Source: Verrucomicrobiales bacterium (GTDB lineage Bacteria > Verrucomicrobiota > Verrucomicrobiia > Verrucomicrobiales > V1-33). From it: a DNA stretch of 64,000 nucleotides. Both the position numbers and the translations under genes were made by a program. The notes below the pieces were generated by a model, which searched no databases, was not told the origin of the DNA, and saw only the letters and a list, made by a program, of their open reading frames with translations. The DNA is taken from positions 4,855-68,854 of the forward strand of contig JBBQWG010000017.1 of the NCBI GenBank assembly GCA_038210825.1, in the 5' to 3' direction. Every line of letters starts with the position of its first letter. The first letter of the stretch is position 1. Below, piece by piece: positions 48,804 to 58,432 of the stretch.

Positions 48804-50477
48804 TTACTTCTGGCCGGGGCGCCATTCTTCGGCGGCGAACTTGAAGGCTTCTTCGAGACCCACCATGTCGGTGGACGGACGGAGCGCTTCGAAGGCGGCG
48901 GTTTCCTTGCGGAGGTCCTCTTCGCTGTAGTTGGCGGCCTTGACGGAGAGGCCGATGCGGCGCTCGACCTTGTCCACCTTGATGACGCGGGCTTCGACTT
49001 CCTGACCGACTTTGAGCACGTCCTTGACGCGGTTGACGTGGTCTTCGGAGATCTGGCTGATGTGGACCAGACCGTCGATGTCGTCCTGGAGCTGGATGAA
49101 GGCGCCGAAGCTGGCGATCTTGGCCACGGTTCCCTTGACGAGGTCGCCGACGTGGAACTTCTCGTCGATGCCGGACCATGGGTCGTTTTCGAGCTGCTTC
49201 ATGCCAAGGCTGATGCGCTGGTTGGCCTTGTCGATTTCGAGCACGGTGGCTTCGACTTCGTCGCCCTTCTTCAGCATTTCGCTCGGGTGGTTGACCTTGC
49301 GGGTCCATGAGAGGTCGGAGACGTGCACCATGCCGTCGATGCCTTCCTCCATTTCCACAAACGCACCGTAGGCGGTGAGGTTGCGGACCTTGCCCTTGAT
49401 CTTCATGCCGATAGGGAAACGGGCATCGATCTCGTCCCATGGGTTGCCGTCGAGCTGACGGACGCCGAGGGAGATCTTCTGCTCTTCCTTGTTAATGCCG
49501 AGCACCACTGCATCCAGTTCCTGACCGATGACGAGGACGTCGGACGGGCGGGCGATGCGTTTGACCCAGGAGAGTTCGGAGACGTGCACAAGGCCTTCGA
49601 CCCCTTCGGCGAGTTCCACAAAGGCACCGTAGGCGACCAGTTTGGAGACCTTGCCCTTGACGCGCTGGCCAATCGGGAAACGGGCTTCGATGGCTTCCCA
49701 TGGGTTGCTGAGAAGCTGCTTCATGCCGAGGGAGACGCGCTCCTTCTCGCGGTTCACATCGAGGATGATGACATTGACCTTCTGGCCGATGGCGACCACT
49801 TCGGTCGGATGGTTCACGCGGCCCCAGCTCATGTCGGTGATGTGGAGCAGACCATCCATGCCATTGAGGTCCACAAAGACTCCAAAGTCGGTGATGTTCT
49901 TGACGGCCCCTTCGACGCGGTCGCCGATCTTGACGGTTTCGAGGAAACGCTGACGCTGTTCGGCGCGCTCGGCTTCGATGACTTCGCGGCGGCTGAGAAC
50001 GACGTTCTTGCGCTCGTCGTTGACCTTGACGATCTTGAATTCGTAGACATTGCCGACGTATTCGTTGAGATCCTTCGGCGGGATGATGTCGATCTGGCTG
50101 CCGGGGAGGAAGGCTTCGACGCCGACGTTGACGGTCAGGCCGCCTTTGACCACTCCCTTGACCTTGCCCTTAACAAGACCGCCGTCATGGAAGACTTTGA
50201 CAATTTTGTCCCAGTTCTGTTTGTGGGCGGCCTTCTCCTTGGAGAGGACCACCATGCCTTCATCGTTTTCGAGGCGCTGGAGGAGGACTTCGATTTCGTC
50301 GCCGACCTGGATGTCTTCGTCCTCAAATTCGCTGACAGGGATGGCACCTTCGGACTTGTAGCCGATGTCGACGAGGACGACCTGGGGCTTGATGTCGAGG
50401 ATGATGCCTTTGACGATGGAGTGTTCGCGGAGTTCCTTGAAGGAATTCTCCATCATAGTCAGAAGTTCTTGATTCAT
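48804..50477 (-). CDS. rpsA: 30S ribosomal protein S1
   Basis: Six S1 repeats (VDIGYKSEG, EAFLPGSQ, DGLLHITDMSW, EGLVHVSELSW, DGMVHVSDLSW, DGLVHISQ); strongly biased codon usage. Confidence 0.98.
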   Translation of the reverse strand: MNQELLTMMENSFKELREHSIVKGIILDIKPQVVLVDIGYKSEGAIPVSEFEDEDIQVGDEIEVLLQRLENDEGMVVLSKEKAAHKQNWDKIVKVFHDGGLVKGKVKGVVKGGLTVNVGVEAFLPGSQIDIIPPKDLNEYVGNVYEFKIVKVNDERKNVVLSRREVIEAERAEQRQRFLETVKIGDRVEGAVKNITDFGVFVDLNGMDGLLHITDMSWGRVNHPTEVVAIGQKVNVIILDVNREKERVSLGMKQLLSNPWEAIEARFPIGQRVKGKVSKLVAYGAFVELAEGVEGLVHVSELSWVKRIARPSDVLVIGQELDAVVLGINKEEQKISLGVRQLDGNPWDEIDARFPIGMKIKGKVRNLTAYGAFVEMEEGIDGMVHVSDLSWTRKVNHPSEMLKKGDEVEATVLEIDKANQRISLGMKQLENDPWSGIDEKFHVGDLVKGTVAKIASFGAFIQLQDDIDGLVHISQISEDHVNRVKDVLKVGQEVEARVIKVDKVERRIGLSVKAANYSEEDLRKETAAFEALRPSTDMVGLEEAFKFAAEEWRPGQK

Positions 50478-50611
50478 ATAATACGGGTTAGTGGTTGGGT
50501 TGTGACGTTGACCAATTTAGCAGTCGCTGCCTCTTTCAGGGGAAAGAAAAGGGGTGGCAAACAGGCCACCCCGGAAGCGCCGGCGGGATCGGAAATTTCG
50601 ACAAGGGGCGG

Positions 50612-50639
50612 ACTTTAAGGGGGCTTTCCCAAAAGGCAA
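50612..50639 (-). promoter_or_regulatory. Candidate rpsA promoter
   Basis: Minus strand TTGCCT-N16-TAAAGT, about 135 nt upstream of the start. Confidence 0.55.
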
Positions 50640-50812
50640 GGGGCGGATGCTTCGGAAAAACGAAGGATTTTCCGGGATTTTTTACCGGAGGGACTTGAAC
50701 AGAAGGGCACGAAGGCCGGCAAGCGAATTGGAATATCTGGTGTCGACACTCTTCCAGCCACTATCCTGCATTTCACCGTGACCTTCGCGCCCTTCTGTTC
50801 AAATTCCTACTC

Positions 50813-51841
50813 ATGATCCTCACACACAGCGCACCGGACCAGTTGGCGGGCTTGTTTGCCGGGTTGAAAGCCTTGTCGGTAGTGGACCGGGAATTGCACA
50901 GCGCCATTCTGCGGCAGGCGCTGGAAGCCAATCCCCGGTATCTGGGGGTCTGGGCAGTGTGGGAACCCGATGCCCTCGACGGACGGGATGCCGAGTTTGT
51001 CCATCACCCCGGACACGATGCCACGGGCCGTTTCCTGCCGGTATGGCACCGGCGTTTTGGGGAAATTCAGGTCGAAGCCAATGTGGCCAGCAATGATCCC
51101 AAACGGGGGGCGTATTACATGCTGCCCACCCGGATGCGGCGCAGCGTGATGGTAGGTCCTTATGAATATCCGATGGGAGGGCAGTCGGTCCTGATCGTGT
51201 CCCTGGCGTCACCCATTTTGGTCCAAGGGCAATGCCTGGGGGCGGCGGGAGTTGATTTTTCTCTCGAGGACCTCGCCGCTCAGATCAGGGAGCACCCTAC
51301 CCCCGCAACCCGTCAACTGGTCGGGAGCATGGAGCGGGAAATGCGCCACAGCCTGATTTTTACCGATCCTCAAGGCGTCGTGGCCTGGTGTTCTACCACG
51401 GCCCGGCAGCGGTTGCGGCCATTTTTTGGCCGCGACGCTCTGGCCGGCAATGCCTTGCCCCCCGCTTTGGCGGCCCTGTTCGAAGACAAAAGCAAACCAT
51501 CGCCGCGGCGCCCCCATCCGGAGGTCCTGCTCCAGCAGGCAGACCGTTCGGTGAGGGTGCGACTCGTCCGCTCCCGCCGGATCGGTGCGGCGGTCCTCCT
51601 GGTGGAAGACGAGGACGCCCCCAGTCCGTCCCAACTGCTGTCGCGCCGCGAGCGTGAAGTGATGGATTGGCTGAGCGAGGGAAAATCCAATGACGAAATC
51701 GGCATCATCCTCGGCATCAGTCCCCATACGGTAAAAAACCACCTCGACCGCATTTTCAAAAAACTCTGCGTGGATCACCGGCATGCGGCCTCGACCCAGT
51801 GGCGGCGGGAGCGGGAGTCTGCACCGGGGGCCCAGCCTTGA
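50813..51841 (+). CDS. LuxR-family regulator with an N-terminal Cache-type sensor and a PAS-like middle domain
   Basis: WEPDALDGRD..HDATGRFLPVW..GPYEY..LGAAGVD; C-terminal LSRREREVMDWLSEGKSNDEIGIILGISPHTVKNH. Confidence 0.88.
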   Translation: MILTHSAPDQLAGLFAGLKALSVVDRELHSAILRQALEANPRYLGVWAVWEPDALDGRDAEFVHHPGHDATGRFLPVWHRRFGEIQVEANVASNDPKRGAYYMLPTRMRRSVMVGPYEYPMGGQSVLIVSLASPILVQGQCLGAAGVDFSLEDLAAQIREHPTPATRQLVGSMEREMRHSLIFTDPQGVVAWCSTTARQRLRPFFGRDALAGNALPPALAALFEDKSKPSPRRPHPEVLLQQADRSVRVRLVRSRRIGAAVLLVEDEDAPSPSQLLSRREREVMDWLSEGKSNDEIGIILGISPHTVKNHLDRIFKKLCVDHRHAASTQWRRERESAPGAQP

Positions 51842-51879
51842 GGGTTTTCCGCCCTGCGGCGACCTTTCTGCCGTTCCGG

Positions 51880-52563
51880 TTAAAGGTGATATGCGACGCC
51901 ACCTTTTGCATCCTCTTTTACGTGACCCTTCTGCTGGAGGACTGCGGCGAGAGCCTGGGCCCCGGACTCCGTTGAGTTTTTGCCTCCAAGGTTCCTCAGA
52001 AAACTGATCAAGGTCTTCTTACTTGAGGGCCGGTTTTTGGGATTTTTCCTCAACACGGACAACGCGCGCTCCAATGAATCTTCCTGCTGGGTTCCGGAAT
52101 CCTTAAGCGGTGCGCCGGAAGGCTCGGGCGGCCCCGAAAAAGTCAGGGTATCAAATCCATCATGACGGTGCGCCTTGATGTTCCGGCTGCAAAGATGTCC
52201 GACCAGGGGATCGAAACCCTTGTCGCCGGACACGATGTGAAAAAAAGCCGTCGGGTCCATGACCGCTTTCCGTCCCACATAATAGGCCAGCGCGAAATCC
52301 AACGCATTCCTGCCGGAGGACTCCAGCCGAACCAACTCCACCGATCCCGCATGCGGAAGCAACTGCTCCACCAATTGGAAATCCATCCGCTGTTTGGCAC
52401 CTATCAGAATGGTGACGGTCGCCGGTTTCCCCCTCGGAACCGCAGGTCCGATGGAACGGACATTCTCATAATCCACGAAGACATGGTTGACCGGAAGCGG
52501 TTTTCCAACCGGATCGGGAGCCGGGTCGGCAGGGTTGCTGGATTGATCGATCAGTGATTCCAT
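51880..52563 (-). CDS. PIN-like (NYN/PIN7-type) nuclease domain protein with a small helical C-terminus
   Basis: VFVDYENV, GRNALDFAL and VSGDKGFD acidic PIN motifs. Confidence 0.8.
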   Translation of the reverse strand: MESLIDQSSNPADPAPDPVGKPLPVNHVFVDYENVRSIGPAVPRGKPATVTILIGAKQRMDFQLVEQLLPHAGSVELVRLESSGRNALDFALAYYVGRKAVMDPTAFFHIVSGDKGFDPLVGHLCSRNIKAHRHDGFDTLTFSGPPEPSGAPLKDSGTQQEDSLERALSVLRKNPKNRPSSKKTLISFLRNLGGKNSTESGAQALAAVLQQKGHVKEDAKGGVAYHL

Positions 52564-52903
52564 GTCGGCATGGGGCAGTCTGGGATTTTGATAGGAGATT
52601 CCCCGTAATCATTCCGCTTCCGCCATGGATTACTTTGCCGCAAAGTCTCAGGAATCAAGGTGGGCAGCCCAAGAAGCTAGCAGACCACCCTATAATTTCA
52701 ATAATATTTTGGTGGCTTCCCCCGATTTTCATACCCTCCGGCAAATCTTCTCCGCGCTGTGGCACCTTGGCTCCTGGTCCGGCGTTGATTTTTTGACGTG
52801 AGCCGGGAAAAGCGGGGGGAGGACTTCTGCGGCGGCAGGCAGCCCCGGGCGCAATGCATCGGCATTTGTCTTTTAGGGGGCATGTGCTTTGCTGCGGGTT
52901 CCT

Positions 52904-54262
52904 ATGAAAAAAATTGTTGTCGCGTATTCCGGCGGGTTGGACACTTCGGTGCTGTTGTCCTGGCTGAAGCAGAAGTATCAGTGTGAGATCATCGCCTACT
53001 GTGCGGATGTAGGCCAGGAGGAGGAGCTGGACGGGCTGGAAAAAAAGGCCACCACCACCGGGGCCTCCAAATGTTATATTGGTGACCTGCGCGAGGAATT
53101 TGCCCGCGATTACATCTTCCCCATGTTCCAGGCGGGGGCAATTTATGAAGGCCAGTATTTTCTGGGCACCAGCATTGCGCGGCCCTGTATTGCCAAAGGA
53201 ATGCTGGACATCGTGGCCAGGGAAAAGGCCGATGCGGTGGCGCATGGGGCGACCGGCAAGGGCAATGACCAGGTTAGGTTCGAACTGAGCGCAGCCACGC
53301 TGGCACCCCATGTCAAGGTGCTGGCCCCATGGCGGATGGATGACTTCCGCGCCGAGTTCCCCGGCCGGGCCGAGATGATTGCTTTTGCGGAGAAACACAA
53401 AATTCCCGTTCAGGCCTCGGCCAAAAAGCCATACAGCATGGACCGCAATCTCCTGCATATTTCCTTCGAAGCAGGGATGCTGGAGGACACCTGGTTTGAT
53501 GGCACCACGCCGGAAGTGCGCGGCATGTATGTCCTGAGCGTGGCTCCGGAGGATGCGCCTGACAAACCCGAGTATGTGGAATTGCTCTTCGAACAGGGCA
53601 ACTGTATTGGCCTCAAGGCGGATGGACTCGACAAGCTGCTGGGCAAACTGAAAGTGAAATCCACCGGCAGCCGCGATGGTTTTATCCTGCTGACGCCCTA
53701 TGGTGTGATGAAGGCCCTCAATGCACTCGGGGGAAGGAACGGCTGCGGCCGGGTGGACATGGTGGAAAACCGCTTTGTCGGCATGAAGAGCCGCGGGATT
53801 TATGAAACCCCGGGCGGCTCGATCCTTTACGCCGCCCACCGCCAGATGGAATCCATCACCATGGACCGCGAGGTGATGCACCTGCGGGACAGCCTGATTC
53901 CCAAATATGCCCAGCTCGTGTATAACGGATTCTGGTTTGCCCCGGAACGGGAAGCCCTTCAGGCCATGGTGACCGAGTCCCAGAAAAATGTCAGCGGCGA
54001 GGTGCGCCTCAAGCTTTATAAAGGCAATGTCATGGCCGCAGGCCGGCGCAGTCCGCTCAGCCTGTATGATGAAGCCATCGCCACCATGGAGGCTGACCCT
54101 ACCCAAAGTTACAACCAAAACGACGCCACCGGCTTCATCGCCCTCAACGCCCTGCGACTCAAAGCCACCGCCCGCCGCGATCTCGCCGGCGGGGGAAAGC
54201 CCAAAGGCAAATCCAAGGACAGGAAAAAGGCCGAAAAGAAGAGCAAAAAGAGCAGGAAATAA
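52904..54262 (+). CDS. argG: Argininosuccinate synthase
   Basis: [50 protein letters not shown] and LYKGN motifs. Confidence 0.97.
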   Translation: MKKIVVAYSGGLDTSVLLSWLKQKYQCEIIAYCADVGQEEELDGLEKKATTTGASKCYIGDLREEFARDYIFPMFQAGAIYEGQYFLGTSIARPCIAKGMLDIVAREKADAVAHGATGKGNDQVRFELSAATLAPHVKVLAPWRMDDFRAEFPGRAEMIAFAEKHKIPVQASAKKPYSMDRNLLHISFEAGMLEDTWFDGTTPEVRGMYVLSVAPEDAPDKPEYVELLFEQGNCIGLKADGLDKLLGKLKVKSTGSRDGFILLTPYGVMKALNALGGRNGCGRVDMVENRFVGMKSRGIYETPGGSILYAAHRQMESITMDREVMHLRDSLIPKYAQLVYNGFWFAPEREALQAMVTESQKNVSGEVRLKLYKGNVMAAGRRSPLSLYDEAIATMEADPTQSYNQNDATGFIALNALRLKATARRDLAGGGKPKGKSKDRKKAEKKSKKSRK

Positions 54263-54288
54263 TTCTGAGGGAAAGTGCTTTTCCTGAC

Positions 54289-54321
54289 AAACCCCGTCCG
54301 CTGCGACGGACGGGGTTTTTT
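54289..54321 (+). terminator. argG intrinsic terminator
   Basis: AAACCCCGTCCG-CTGCGA-CGGACGGGGTTT followed by TTT. Confidence 0.85.
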
Positions 54322-54389
54322 GTGGGGAGGAATGCGGATGGGAAATCCGCCCGGCGGTCATGGCTTCGGAGAGGATTGTCCTGCCGCCC

Positions 54390-55064
54390 TCAAGTCACCG
54401 GGTTTTCAAGAGCTGCCGGATGGGAACCCAATCCGCGCTCCACCACTGAGTTCAGGACCCGCAAAACGAGGGGAGCGAGATCATGGAGGGGGAAGAAAAA
54501 GCGTGCATCCCCGGAACCCTGCTGCATTTCCGGAGAGGCAGGCAGGTGAACAAACACCGCCCGCTGGTGGGCCGGATGGGAAGGCCGGCGTGTCAGGTGG
54601 AGCAGGCGATAATAAAGATGATTGCAGACGAATCGTCCGGGGTCGGTGCTGTGCCGGACCGGCAACGATGATCCGGCGAAGGTTTCCGGATTCAATTGGG
54701 TGGCCAAAGGGCTCCGGACGGATCCGGGACTGCGCCGCAGGATGGGGGACTTCATTGGTTGGAGGCCGGCATTGTCCGGAATCCGGAAATCATCCTCATT
54801 CCATGCCATGGTCTCGAGCGAGAGTTCGTTCCGCCCGGAGACTCCGCTGGCGACGATCCAGTGCGGATGTAGGCGGCGGATGGAGCGGCTCAATTTTTGC
54901 CATGCGGCAGGCCCGCTCACGGGCAGCAGCAGGCCGTGGATCCGGACTCCGTGCGTCAGGGGAGTGCCATGGAACCGGCGGACGAGCGCGGCGGAAGGAT
55001 TGAAGACATCCCCTCCGAAAGGTTCGAATCCCGTAAAAAGTAGTGTGGAAACCGCCATGGCCAT
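54390..55064 (-). CDS. pcp: Pyroglutamyl-peptidase I
   Basis: LFTGFEPFGG..NPS, LET, DPGRFVCN and FVHLP (E/C/H triad). Confidence 0.9.
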   Translation of the reverse strand: MAMAVSTLLFTGFEPFGGDVFNPSAALVRRFHGTPLTHGVRIHGLLLPVSGPAAWQKLSRSIRRLHPHWIVASGVSGRNELSLETMAWNEDDFRIPDNAGLQPMKSPILRRSPGSVRSPLATQLNPETFAGSSLPVRHSTDPGRFVCNHLYYRLLHLTRRPSHPAHQRAVFVHLPASPEMQQGSGDARFFFPLHDLAPLVLRVLNSVVERGLGSHPAALENPVT

Positions 55065-55200
55065 TCATCAGCCATCGCGGAAGGCTGCACTAAAGCAAAC
55101 GGGACCCCGGTGCGGCCACTCCCTCCAGCCTGATGGGGCATCCGGATCGGCCAGACTCTCCAGCCATCTCCAGCCCCGGGCCCGCCGGGCTGATTTTCCA

Positions 55201-56292
55201 TCAGTTCAGATTGATGTTTTGCTGGGCGATCAGCTTTTCTGAAGCCTCACTGACCCCGCCCTCTCCGTTGCCCGTAAAGGTGGCGTTGGCCACGACGTTG
55301 GCGATGCAACTGATGTCGTTGATGCGCAGTCCGGCCCCGCCGCTGCCGGTGACGGTCAGGTCACTGAAAATATTGCCGGTGCAGGGGGTATTGTGCTGGT
55401 CATCGGCTTGTGCAATGAAGATACCCTGAGCACCATTCCCCGTGACTGAGAGATGGTTGAAGTTATTAAAATTGCTGTCCCGCATGAAGATGCCTTGGCT
55501 GCCATTGTTCTCCAGCCGGGCGTGTGAGATGATGTTGCGGTCAAAGCGCAGGTCGATGCTGATGCCGGCGGCATCGTTACTGTGGAGGTAGAGCCGGGTG
55601 AAAAAGCTTTCTTCCGTTTCGTAGGCCGCGAAGCCGTCGAAGTGGTTGTGATACGAGGTGAAATCGCTGACATGGATTCGGCGGCTGTGTTTTTCCAGCA
55701 CCAAACCTCCGCTGCGGGCACCCCGCGCGGTGACCCGTTCCACCCGGATATCCTCCGCACTGCGGATGGTCAGGGCATTGTTCCGGATAAACGACAGCCC
55801 ACCATTGTCGCACGGCCCGCCGTTGCATTCATTCAACTGGTTGTAGCGGTTTCCATCCAGAATCAGCTTGCGCAGGGAGACACCCGTAACCTTGCGGGTG
55901 GGCGGCGTTTCCATCGGGCCAATCACCACCAGTGGACAATCGGCATGATCTGCCAGCATCAGGATCGTGGATTCCTGGTCACCTGACAATTCCACATCGT
56001 TGCGGTCCAGGACCAAGGGCTCGCGTAGGACGTAGGTGCCGGAATCGAGGAGAATGCGCCCGCCATCGGGAGGAAGGGCCGCGATGGCCTTGGCAATATC
56101 CGCTCCTGGGCCGAGCGGAACGCGGATTTCAGCGCGTTTGAATTCCGGCGAACGGGTGATTTCCAGTCCGTTTTGGAGAACCGGACGGGCGGCGTTGGTT
56201 CCCATAACGTTAAAAATGCCAAAGGCCGCCAAGGGGAAGCCGAGAACAAGAGCAGAAAGGGTCGTGACGCGGCGGATGGTTTTGTTGTTCAT
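55201..56292 (-). CDS. Secreted right-handed parallel beta-helix protein
   Basis: Signal/TM segment, ILDGNR motif and repeated N-x-x-x-G-I/F coils. Confidence 0.8.
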   Translation of the reverse strand: MNNKTIRRVTTLSALVLGFPLAAFGIFNVMGTNAARPVLQNGLEITRSPEFKRAEIRVPLGPGADIAKAIAALPPDGGRILLDSGTYVLREPLVLDRNDVELSGDQESTILMLADHADCPLVVIGPMETPPTRKVTGVSLRKLILDGNRYNQLNECNGGPCDNGGLSFIRNNALTIRSAEDIRVERVTARGARSGGLVLEKHSRRIHVSDFTSYHNHFDGFAAYETEESFFTRLYLHSNDAAGISIDLRFDRNIISHARLENNGSQGIFMRDSNFNNFNHLSVTGNGAQGIFIAQADDQHNTPCTGNIFSDLTVTGSGGAGLRINDISCIANVVANATFTGNGEGGVSEASEKLIAQQNINLN

Positions 56293-56420
56293 GGAACGCC
56301 TCCTTGGTTCAGGGGTTTGAGGAAGAGAGTCTGACAAAAGTAACGTTGTACTAAGTCAATGAATTATCAGGAATTTAACCGTTTTGAGATTAGGAGCAAG
56401 CATTAAAGTTTAATTGGATG

Positions 56421-56777
56421 TCAGCTTGCACCGATTGCCAAGGCAACGGGGATGGCATGACAAACCTGTCGCCAGCCTGGAAAATTCCACTTATTGGGAA
56501 AATCGCGGCATTGCTGCGGTTTGACCGGATGGATGAGGCAGTGGTTGCCATTGAGGAAGATACACGAATGATCCTCTTGTTCGGTGAGGGACAAGCCTTG
56601 CCGGTTGGTGCGGAGACGGGTGAAGCGGGCGATCACTTCCGATTCCTCCAAACCCAAGAAACCGGCGATGGCGGCGACTTCCTCAGGGTCCACTTTGACG
56701 TCCCCAGGCCAGCGGCAGCACGCCGTACAGCGCTGACATTTCCAATAGCTATGGGGGGGAGGGACTTCGTAAACCAT
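56421..56777 (-). CDS. YkgJ-family cysteine-cluster (putative Fe-S) protein
   Basis: CQRCTACC..CIFL..CLIH..KP..C pattern. Confidence 0.9.
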   Translation of the reverse strand: MVYEVPPPHSYWKCQRCTACCRWPGDVKVDPEEVAAIAGFLGLEESEVIARFTRLRTNRQGLSLTEQEDHSCIFLNGNHCLIHPVKPQQCRDFPNKWNFPGWRQVCHAIPVALAIGAS

Positions 56778-56934
56778 TTATCAAACCCGGAATTATTTTT
56801 GTGAAGAAACCGTTTCCTGGTCAGTTTGTCCACCATTTAAATCCCGCCATGCCTTCCCTGCTCATCTCAAGGCGAAGCCGGGGCATCTGCGCCTGAAGTG
56901 ACTAGCAGAACCCCGGCCCGGATGGCGGGCCGGA

Positions 56935-58236
56935 TTACTGGGGTGCCGGCGTCAGGGTGAAATCATACTCCTTGTGCCGGGTTGCCCCGGGAGCCTTGAT
57001 GGCGGCCACTCCGCCCTTGCCATCGCGCTCAAGAATAAAGCCACACCATTTGGCCTTCAGGAGCGGGCCTTTGCGGCTGAAGATCAGGTAGGATGGCGGA
57101 GGGGCAGCGGCAATGATTTGGGCGGTCGTTTTGGCATCAAACCCGAGGAATCCGAGGGTTTCCGGATCGACGCTGGAGCGCTCGACTTTCCAGCCTTCCC
57201 CATCGCCGGCCGATTGGATGGGGACGGTGCGGCGCAGTTCCAGTCCGGAAGCACTGCGCTCGATAAACTCGCACTGCTGGAACCCGGGGTGGATCACCAG
57301 ACGAAACCGGTTTTTGGCATCCGTGCTGGTCCATGTTCCTTCGGGATCGACCCAATGTACCGCCGGAACAAAATTGGCTTGGCGGATCGGTTCCCAATCC
57401 TGACGCATCGTGCCATCGGGCGGGAGAGCAGGGCCACATTCCCCGCCTTGGTCGATAATGAAAGTTTGGACGCGTTGGACAAATCCCTTCCAGAAAGCCT
57501 CCTCGTGGGCGGCGATGGTGTCCCATTGGTCAGGAGGGGTGCCAGCCGGGAGGCGCCACGCTCCGCGCGTGATAATTTGATAGGGCTGGTGGCCGGCGGG
57601 CCGGGCGGCCGCACGCGGGGCGGGTTTGCCTTTCCGGCCTGTGAGGGACGTCTCCGGATCCGGGTCCGCCGGGCTGCCAAGGGCAGTCCAACCGAACCAG
57701 CGGTTGCCACTGACGGGCCAATTCCGGCGGGCGGTGTCGGCGGCATGGACAGTGGAGAGGACCCAGGAAGCCGGCGTTTGCTCGGTAAGAGCAAGGCAGG
57801 CCGTGCCAGGCGGGGTGGCTTTGGCTAGGGTGACGTGGATCACCGCCCCGGCCCCAGCCGAGGAGGACTGCCATTTCCACTGGTCTTCAAAGCCTTCTAC
57901 CCGGCTGCTGGCCAGGGCGGGATCTAGAAAATCGGTAAATTGCGTGCGGATCCAGTGCAGGACTTCGTCCGGTTTCAGTTCACGTCCGGCGGCCTTGGGG
58001 GGCTTGATCACCGTGAGACCATAGGCGTCGAGGCCCAGCGGACCATTGCCAGCTTCCAGCTTTTGGAAGTGCCAAAGTCCGGCCGGAGCAGCAGCCGGCC
58101 GGGTCATCAGCGCGGTCTGGTGCGGCAGGGCCGGACGGAAGTTGATCATCGGCAGCCAATCCGCCACGCTCTGCGCCATGAGAATGCTCTGGCCAGCGCA
58201 CCACAAGGCAAAAGAAACCAGGGAAATCCTCATCAT
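56935..58236 (-). CDS. Secreted hypothetical two-domain protein
   Basis: Signal peptide; long ORF with GC-rich coding bias; LD.Y..IR..F.D..W...GAVIH..PVSGNR.FG..TRG pattern. Confidence 0.7.
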   Translation of the reverse strand: MMRISLVSFALWCAGQSILMAQSVADWLPMINFRPALPHQTALMTRPAAAPAGLWHFQKLEAGNGPLGLDAYGLTVIKPPKAAGRELKPDEVLHWIRTQFTDFLDPALASSRVEGFEDQWKWQSSSAGAGAVIHVTLAKATPPGTACLALTEQTPASWVLSTVHAADTARRNWPVSGNRWFGWTALGSPADPDPETSLTGRKGKPAPRAAARPAGHQPYQIITRGAWRLPAGTPPDQWDTIAAHEEAFWKGFVQRVQTFIIDQGGECGPALPPDGTMRQDWEPIRQANFVPAVHWVDPEGTWTSTDAKNRFRLVIHPGFQQCEFIERSASGLELRRTVPIQSAGDGEGWKVERSSVDPETLGFLGFDAKTTAQIIAAAPPPSYLIFSRKGPLLKAKWCGFILERDGKGGVAAIKAPGATRHKEYDFTLTPAPQ

Positions 58237-58432
58237 GGCAAACGATATCTAAACCCGGGCGGCCATGGGCTTTCAAGAGAGGATTGATCATGGCCTTTGC
58301 CGGGACTGGTTAATTTCCGGAGCAGCATTAATTTCCAATGTGATCACAAAGATCATAAGCAATTTTGCGCGGGCTTCGTCTTGCATCCTTTCCACTAACG
58401 GATAAGGACAGGCAGCATTTCTCTGCCCGCTT

